Assembly: GCA_027021195.1 (NCBI GenBank)
Contig: JALUUW010000003.1
Location: 4,843-68,842 of the forward strand
Direction of reading: 5' to 3'
Source of the DNA: Candidatus Pacearchaeota archaeon
Lineage (GTDB): Archaea; Nanobdellota; Nanobdellia; Pacearchaeales; GW2011-AR1
DNA: 64,000 nt
The stretch's first letter is position 1, and each line of letters opens with the position of its first letter. The notes beneath the pieces are model-generated. The model saw nothing but the letters and a program-made list of their open reading frames with translations. It ran no database searches and was not told the DNA's origin. This document shows positions 57,809-64,000 of the stretch, piece after piece. The position numbers were made by a program, and so were the translations under genes.

Positions 57809-59988
57809 CCAGAGAAAAAGAACCAAAAAAAATTGAACTTGAAGTTGCAGAGTCACTGCAGGAGGACATTGATAAAGGAATTGCAAGAATACCTTCTGAT
57901 TTTATGGATTCTTTAGGCATCTCTTCAGGAGATATTGTGGAGGTCAGGGGAAAAAGCGCCGCTGTTATCAAGGCAATGCGTTCCTTAAATGACAGTAGCC
58001 AGGATATAATAAGGCTTGATGGGTCTACAAGGTCAAATATCGGCGCTTCTATCGGGGATAAGATATCCTTGAGCCCAGTAAAGATTAGCGAGGCTAAATC
58101 CCTGACACTCTCTCCTCTTCAGGAAGTGAGGTTTAGCGACAATCCGACAGAATATTTCCATACAAAACTGCTCCATAAGCCTCTGAGTGCCGGGCAGAAG
58201 ACAATTATTGATGTTTTTGGAACAAGGCTTGAATATATGGTGTCAAAAACAAGTCCAAAAGGATATGTTATTGTTACCCCTGCAACAAAGATTATTGTTT
58301 CTGATGTTCCTTATTCAGGAGAGTTTAAGGCTACAGGAGTTTCATACGAGGATATTGGAGGATTGAAAAGCGAAGTTGAGCTTATCAGAGAGATGGTTGA
58401 ACTTCCAATGAAGCACCCAGAGGTTTTTCAGAAGCTTGGAGTGGGAGCTCCAAAAGGAGTGTTGCTTACAGGCCCTCCTGGAACAGGGAAAACCCTCTTG
58501 GCAAAGGCGGTTGCCAATGAAACAGACTCTATGTTTTATTCCATTGCAGGCCCTGAGATAATGTCGAAATTTTATGGGGAATCGGAGAAGCACATCCGAG
58601 ACATTTTTGAAAAAGCAGAGAAAACAGCTCCTTCAATCATTTTTATTGACGAGATTGACAGCATAGCTCCAAAAAGAAGCGAAGGGACAGATCAGACTGA
58701 AAAGAGAATTGTTGCACAGCTTCTTACATTAATGGACGGCCTTAAGTCAAGAGGGCAGGTTGTTGTCATGGCTGCTACAAACAGGCCCGATGATATTGAT
58801 CCTGCTTTGAGGCGCCCAGGCCGTTTTGACAGGGAACTAAGAATAAATCCTCCTGATGAAAAAGGAAGAAAGGAGATTCTTCAGATACACACAAGAGGAA
58901 TGCCTCTTGACAAGGATGTGGATTTTAATGAGCTTTCAAATAAGACTATTGGATATACTGGAGCGGACATAGAGGTTTTATGCAAGGAGGCTGCACTGAA
59001 ATCAATAAAGCCGTATTTCTCAGAGCTGAAGAATATTCAGGAGAAGGTTCCAACACAAATTCTGGACAAGATTAAAGTATCCAGAGAGCATTTTATTGAA
59101 GCTATAAAACACGTAGAGCCGTCAGCCATGAGAGAGGTTTTAATTAACAAGCCGAATGTCAGATGGGAAGATGTCGGAGGAATGGATAAAATAAAAGAAA
59201 AGCTAAGAGAGCTTGTAGAGCTTCCATTGATAAGGCCTGACTTGTATGCTAAAGCAGGAATAAAGCCTTCCAAAGGAGTGTTGCTTACAGGCCCTCCTGG
59301 AACAGGGAAAACCCTTCTGGCAAAGGCAGTTGCGACAGAAGCAAATGCAAATTTCATTTCAGTTAAGGGGCCAGAGCTTGTAAGCAAGTGGGTTGGTGAA
59401 AGTGAGAAGCATATTCGTGAGATATTCAAAAAAGCCCGCCAGGTTTCTCCGTCAATAATTTTTTTTGATGAGTTTGACAGCATCTCAAAATTAAGGGGAA
59501 GCTCAATGAGTGATTCAACAGAGAGAATTGTTAACCAGCTTTTAACAGAAATGGATGGGATAGAGGAGCTTGAGAATGTAATTGTTATTGCTGCAACAAA
59601 CAGGAAAGACCTGATAGACCCTGCGCTTTTAAGGCCCGGAAGGATTGATTCAATAATAGAGCTGGAAATCCCTGATAAAAAAACAAGAGAGGCGATTTTT
59701 AAAGTTCATACAAAAAATATGCCTTTGGAAAAATCATTGAAGCTTGACGAGTATGTGGAAAAAACAGAATCATGGACTGGAGCAGAAATTGAAGCTCTCT
59801 GCAGAAATGCAGGTGTGAATGCAATCAAAAGAATGTATAAAGAGAGAAAAAAATCTTCAGGAGAGCTGATAATCAGAAAAGAGGATTTTGACAAGTCCCT
59901 GAAAGAGACATCAGAGCAGATTAATAAGCCAATTAAGTCTGAGAAAAAAGAGCTAAAGAGCAAAGGAAAGAAAGAGTCAAAAAAATAA
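57805..59988 (+). CDS. cdc48: Cdc48/VCP-like AAA+ ATPase, second paralog
   Basis: Same architecture. About 70-75% identical to the first copy across the D1 domain by eye. Confidence 0.9.
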   Translation: MTREKEPKKIELEVAESLQEDIDKGIARIPSDFMDSLGISSGDIVEVRGKSAAVIKAMRSLNDSSQDIIRLDGSTRSNIGASIGDKISLSPVKISEAKSLTLSPLQEVRFSDNPTEYFHTKLLHKPLSAGQKTIIDVFGTRLEYMVSKTSPKGYVIVTPATKIIVSDVPYSGEFKATGVSYEDIGGLKSEVELIREMVELPMKHPEVFQKLGVGAPKGVLLTGPPGTGKTLLAKAVANETDSMFYSIAGPEIMSKFYGESEKHIRDIFEKAEKTAPSIIFIDEIDSIAPKRSEGTDQTEKRIVAQLLTLMDGLKSRGQVVVMAATNRPDDIDPALRRPGRFDRELRINPPDEKGRKEILQIHTRGMPLDKDVDFNELSNKTIGYTGADIEVLCKEAALKSIKPYFSELKNIQEKVPTQILDKIKVSREHFIEAIKHVEPSAMREVLINKPNVRWEDVGGMDKIKEKLRELVELPLIRPDLYAKAGIKPSKGVLLTGPPGTGKTLLAKAVATEANANFISVKGPELVSKWVGESEKHIREIFKKARQVSPSIIFFDEFDSISKLRGSSMSDSTERIVNQLLTEMDGIEELENVIVIAATNRKDLIDPALLRPGRIDSIIELEIPDKKTREAIFKVHTKNMPLEKSLKLDEYVEKTESWTGAEIEALCRNAGVNAIKRMYKERKKSSGELIIRKEDFDKSLKETSEQINKPIKSEKKELKSKGKKESKK

Positions 59989-60083
59989 TTCTGCAAAGAG
60001 AATAAATGGCAAAGCCTGACTTGCTGCGTGGCAAGGGTTTCTGATAATGGGTTAGTTATCAGTGCTTACTCTGCAGGATGATT

Positions 60084-60980
60084 TTATCCCCTTGTCACAA
60101 TGATTTTTCCTTCTTCATCTATTAAAATAGTGTCTTCTGCCTGGCTGACCTTTCCTCCTGAACTCTCTACAAGCTGTGGAAAGTGGTGAAGATTTCCGTT
60201 TTGCTCCAGCTGCCTTAATGCAATCAGAGCCCCTGTTCCTGCTTTTTTTACAATCCATCTTGAGCAAAAAGGCATTGTCCTGTATTCTTCTTCAATTAGC
60301 TTCAGGACCTTTCTTGCAATAGGGCTTCTTATGTTTTTATTATTAATCAGAATGTAAATTCCTGAAGGATTTCCGTCATGCACTTTTCCGCTTCCAGGAG
60401 TTGCAAATGGCTCTATTGCATAAACGCCTTTTTGCAGAAGAATGTTTTTTTTATTGTCAATATTCGGGATTGTGAGCCCGGCATGAATTCTGTGCTGTTT
60501 TATTTCATGTCCTGATAAGTTCATTATTGGAGAAAATCCCAGAGATTCTATTGTTTCCTGAATTTTTTTTCCTATCTCTCTCACACTGATGCCTTCTTTG
60601 GCTGTTTTAACTGCGCTCTCAAGAGCTTTTTCAGAGGCCTCTATGAGCTTTTTGTTTTCCTCGCTTTCCTTTCCTCTTTCAAGGTCAAGGGAAAAAGCAG
60701 TATCAGTTATCCATCCGCCTATGTGGACTCCTATATCCACTTTCAATAATCCTCTTGCAAGAGTTTTTTCATCATGCGAAGGAGTGTAGTGCGCAGCAAT
60801 CTCATTAATGCTTAAACTTACTGGAAAAGCAGGCTCTCCTCCCAGCTCTCTTATTTTTTCTTCAATCTTCTCAGCTATTTCCAGAAGAGGAACACCTCTT
60901 TTAATAATTGTTTTTGCATACTCTTTGGCTTGGCAGGCAATTTTTCCAGCTTTGATGATTTTATCCTTATCCATGTCCAA
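60084..60980 (-). CDS. map: methionine aminopeptidase, type 2
   Basis: VDIGVHIGGWITDTAFS, GHEIKQHRIHAG and IEPFAT motifs with the characteristic insertion. Confidence 0.85.
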   Translation of the reverse strand: MDMDKDKIIKAGKIACQAKEYAKTIIKRGVPLLEIAEKIEEKIRELGGEPAFPVSLSINEIAAHYTPSHDEKTLARGLLKVDIGVHIGGWITDTAFSLDLERGKESEENKKLIEASEKALESAVKTAKEGISVREIGKKIQETIESLGFSPIMNLSGHEIKQHRIHAGLTIPNIDNKKNILLQKGVYAIEPFATPGSGKVHDGNPSGIYILINNKNIRSPIARKVLKLIEEEYRTMPFCSRWIVKKAGTGALIALRQLEQNGNLHHFPQLVESSGGKVSQAEDTILIDEEGKIIVTRG

Positions 60981-61030
60981 AATTAGCCTGTTTATTTTAT
61001 AAATTAGCGTATAACAATAATTAAATATGT

Positions 61031-61321
61031 TTGTATTATTGGTATTTCATGGGTGAAAGCGAGAAACCCGCATATTATAGGTGGCTGAAAGAGCCTTATA
61101 AGGATTTTAAGGATTCAACAAGTAACTGGGAAGAATACTCTTATCACAGAGAGTTGTTATTCAGATGCATTAAGAATATTGTTCCAGAAGGAGAGCCTTT
61201 GAGAGAGCTTTATGATAAAGCCAAATCCAGTCTAAGGGAGAGATATGACCCAAAAAACCCTCATGTCAGGAGGTTTTTGAAAGACCTTGAGAGAGGGATA
61301 TTTGGAGAGGAAGAGGATTAA
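61031..61321 (+). CDS. hypothetical protein
   Basis: ORF only. Confidence 0.25.
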   Translation: MYYWYFMGESEKPAYYRWLKEPYKDFKDSTSNWEEYSYHRELLFRCIKNIVPEGEPLRELYDKAKSSLRERYDPKNPHVRRFLKDLERGIFGEEED

Positions 61322-61340
61322 TTAAGATTTTTTATCCTGC

Positions 61341-61841
61341 TCAGTTTTTATCTTTTATTCTCCTGTTTTTTGGAATGAAGTTCGTTATTTTTTTCTCAGA
61401 GGCTTTTCCGCATCCAAGAAAATCGCCATTATATTTCATAACTAAAAAACCTTTTTTCCCTGTTTCAATCTGAAGCTCTTCTCCTCTCATCCATTTTTCC
61501 ATTTGTTCATGGCTTAATTCAAAAATATTTTTTGTTATCTGCTCTTTCAGGATTTGCGTTCCCTCAATGCTCAGCCTTACTTTGCTCTCTTCTTCTGCGC
61601 TTAAAACAAGCTTTGCAAAATAGACTCCAACCCTCTCAATCGAAATTGTTTTTTCAAGGCTTTTTATTTCACTCTCAGAAAAAGAGCCGGAAAAAAAGAA
61701 GAGCCTTTCTTTCCCTCTCTGAACAACTATCCCCGGAATATCTTTTACACCGAATTGCTGTTTTAGTTTTTTTAATATCTCTTGTTTTTCATCCCTGCTT
61801 AGGATTCTTAGTTTAGTGTATCCCTTTTTTTTCTGTTTCAT
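61341..61841 (-). CDS. hypothetical protein translationally coupled to the NSUN methyltransferase (possible RNA-binding accessory domain)
   Basis: 4-nt overlap with the upstream NSUN gene. No firm motif. Confidence 0.3.
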   Translation of the reverse strand: MKQKKKGYTKLRILSRDEKQEILKKLKQQFGVKDIPGIVVQRGKERLFFFSGSFSESEIKSLEKTISIERVGVYFAKLVLSAEEESKVRLSIEGTQILKEQITKNIFELSHEQMEKWMRGEELQIETGKKGFLVMKYNGDFLGCGKASEKKITNFIPKNRRIKDKN

Positions 61842-62854
61842 TTTATTTTTTTTATCTTCACAAGGAAAAACCCTTCTGTGTCATTGTCATGAGGGTAAAT
61901 CCTGCACGAGTATTTAACTTCTTCAGCATACTCTTTTTCCTGCCACTTTCTTATTCCTTCGCGGGGCTTTATTGGCAGTGATATCTTCTCTATTTTTATT
62001 CTGCCTTTAAATTCATCTGAGTTCAGAATAAAGTCAACAACTTCTTCATTTTCTTCAGGAGAGTGCGTGCATGTTGAGTAAATCAGTTCTCCGCCTGTTT
62101 TTAAGATTTCTATTGCTGAAAAAACCAGCTGTTTTTGTATTCTTGAAAGGCTTTTTACTGTTTTTATATTCCACATAAGGCATGTCTTTGGATTGCTTCT
62201 TAATGTCCCCTCTCCAGAGCATGGAGCATCCACCAGAATCCTGTCAAATTTTAATTCAGGATTGTATTTTTTTATTTTTCTGCAAAAAGCAATCCCGTCT
62301 TTTCTGGTGATGATTGTATTTGTAACTCCGCATCTCTCAAGATTTGACGCCAGTATCTTTAATCTGGACATAGAAACCTCATTTGCAATTATTGTTCCTG
62401 TATTTTTCATTTTTGCAGCCATTTGCGTTGTTTTGCTTCCAGGAGCAGAACACAGATCAAGTATTGTTTCATTTTCCTTGGGATTCAAAGCAATAACCGG
62501 AAGCATGCTTGCAAGTTCCTGAATATAGTAATATCCGAGCAGATGCTCTAAAGCTCTCCCCAACTCTCCTGGAAGGAGGCCTCCCCTGTCCTCTGTGGAA
62601 TTTGCATCCTCCTCTCTATTAACAATCATCACTTCAGGATGGCTTTTCCATGGCTGAGTGATTTTCCAGCCTTTTTTTTCAAGCCTTTTTTTTAATCTTT
62701 CCGGAGAGATTTTTAAAGTATTGCATCTTATAGACTTTAGTTCAGGCTTTTTCAAAATCTCAAGATATTTCATGAAATCTTCCTTCTCCTCAAAAAGCAA
62801 CTTCATTCTTTCAACAAAAAGCGGCTTGAGCTCCATGGGCTTTCTTTGTTTCAT
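61838..62854 (-). CDS. NOL1/NOP2/Sun-family RNA (cytosine-C5)-methyltransferase
   Basis: DLCSAPGSKT SAM motif. DAPCSGEGT catalytic motif. TCT..PEENE. Confidence 0.8.
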   Translation of the reverse strand: MKQRKPMELKPLFVERMKLLFEEKEDFMKYLEILKKPELKSIRCNTLKISPERLKKRLEKKGWKITQPWKSHPEVMIVNREEDANSTEDRGGLLPGELGRALEHLLGYYYIQELASMLPVIALNPKENETILDLCSAPGSKTTQMAAKMKNTGTIIANEVSMSRLKILASNLERCGVTNTIITRKDGIAFCRKIKKYNPELKFDRILVDAPCSGEGTLRSNPKTCLMWNIKTVKSLSRIQKQLVFSAIEILKTGGELIYSTCTHSPEENEEVVDFILNSDEFKGRIKIEKISLPIKPREGIRKWQEKEYAEEVKYSCRIYPHDNDTEGFFLVKIKKIK

Positions 62855-63132
62855 AAATAACTAATCAAAGAATTGCTTTTAATATTTTCCTTAGTTTATG
62901 CTCTGCCCGCAGTCCTTCAGACAATTTGCTGGAACTTTGTTACATCTAAATTTTTCTGATATTCGTTGAGAATTTTATAAAAGAGAAAGTTAATATACCT
63001 ATAAGAAGATTGAGCTCTTTCTCTCAAATGCAATCTGTTAAACAGGCACACGAGGGAAAGGAAGAAATACAAACGAAGAAGGGTAAAATAAGGCTTCTAA
63101 CCGCAGCAAAGTTGCATGGCATATGGATTAAA

Positions 63133-63471
63133 TCAATACCTAAATCTTCTTTCATAATCTTTATGGCTCATCCATTCAAGGATAATTGACAGTATTGTAA
63201 TTTCCCCATTAGCCACAGAATAAATCAATCGCCAACCTTTTGGCAAATCATATTTCCAGATATTATCAATTCCATATTTCTCAATGTAAGCTTTTGGAAT
63301 TAATCTTTTTTGTATCCTTATTCCACAAAAGGCGTTTTCCTCTAAATCTTCAAAAGCTCTACAAATCCATTTGTATAATTTTTGATCTTCTGTTTTTGAT
63401 TCTTTTAAAGCCTCAAAACTCTTCTGAATCTTCTCGTCAGCAAATTTGATTTCAGATTTCATTTTCTCCAA
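63133..63471 (-). CDS. RelE/ParE-family type II toxin-like protein
   Basis: 112 aa. WRLIYSV...ITILSIILEWMSHKDYERRF resembles the RelE C-terminal signature (W.LIY.V....I.I..I.H.KDY). Confidence 0.45.
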   Translation of the reverse strand: MEKMKSEIKFADEKIQKSFEALKESKTEDQKLYKWICRAFEDLEENAFCGIRIQKRLIPKAYIEKYGIDNIWKYDLPKGWRLIYSVANGEITILSIILEWMSHKDYERRFRY

Positions 63472-63743
63472 CTTAGATGAGGCTTAGACAGGTATTTTTT
63501 TACAAGTTCCGGATTCCAAATCCAGACAACCCATCCTTCTTTGTCTTGTGCTATTTTTCCAGACTCCAACAAATAGTCAAAAATTACACAGAAAGTTTGG
63601 TAAATCATTTTTTTAGGCAGTGCTTCCCAAAGAGATTTTTTCTTGTATTCCCCGGAATTTTCTCTAATAAACTCCTCTACCATCAGAATAGTATCTAATT
63701 GTGGATAGTGCAAAATATTTCTTTTTGATATTTCTTGTGGCAT
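63459..63743 (-). CDS. putative cognate antitoxin / small HTH-like protein
   Basis: Overlaps the toxin start by 13 nt. Start placed at the internal Met because the track's longer ORF (to 63923) adds an unlikely Cys-rich extension. Confidence 0.3.
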   Translation of the reverse strand: MPQEISKRNILHYPQLDTILMVEEFIRENSGEYKKKSLWEALPKKMIYQTFCVIFDYLLESGKIAQDKEGWVVWIWNPELVKKYLSKPHLSWRK

Positions 63744-64000
63744 GGTTATACATACTTGTATAACTATTAAAATCTTTCGGTTTTCAAAAAATCCTTCTTT
63801 CTCCAAAAAAGAAACAAAAAACCCTTTCTCAGATATACTGGAACGTTTCACGTGCCAGCTTGCTCTCTTTTTTAGAATTTCATCCTTGCAACATGGCTGT
63901 TTATGCTCTGCCTGCAGGCTCAAAAGTCCCCAAGAGTCATCTGCCTTTTTCCTTCAATAATCTCTTTTATGTCCAGACCAAAAACCTGAAAAATGTTTTC

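Noticed and set aside
63744-63923. N-terminal 60 aa of track ORF 63459..63923
   Set aside because: The extension is Cys-rich and poorly coding-like. An internal Met gives a compact 94-aa partner overlapping the toxin, so the start was moved.

Overview
This 64 kb window is a low-GC archaeal chromosome segment, with a compact, DPANN-like gene set. The calls rest on motif recognition alone and no database search was run. Archaeal markers include PCNA, a fused PriS-PriL primase, aRF1, ribosomal proteins S19e, L31e and L39e, an HMf-type histone, Hjc, TFS, NAC-alpha, Sec61-beta, Cbf5 and RadB. Housekeeping genes include LysRS, a MetRS core with a separate Trbp111-like domain, ValRS, topoisomerase IA, MinD, ScpB, MetAP2, an NSUN RNA methyltransferase and a Cdc48-Hsp20-Cdc48 chaperone operon. 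One tRNA-Lys(CTT) is present. The most striking content is a set of radical-SAM/SPASM cassettes. The intact one (3.6-6.4 kb, minus strand) reads as an operon: a 41-aa Cys/Asp-rich candidate precursor peptide missing from the ORF track, then an rSAM-SPASM enzyme, a class I methyltransferase, an HExxH metallopeptidase-like protein and a small ORF. This is the classic architecture of a RiPP (ranthipeptide- or thioether-like) biosynthetic cluster. A second, partly decayed cassette lies at 0-2.4 kb (HExxH protein, rSAM-SPASM, N-truncated methyltransferase). An MccF/LdcA-like S66 peptidase sits between the two. A third rSAM-SPASM gene and a 40-aa rSAM N-terminal remnant lie at 50-52 kb next to tRNA-Lys. 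A second notable region (8.7-23 kb) encodes a tandemly duplicated two-gene module: a small protein with an archaeal class III (type IV pilin-like) signal peptide followed by a huge Cys-rich surface protein. It is followed by further Cys-rich membrane-anchored surface proteins and a lamin-tail-domain protein.
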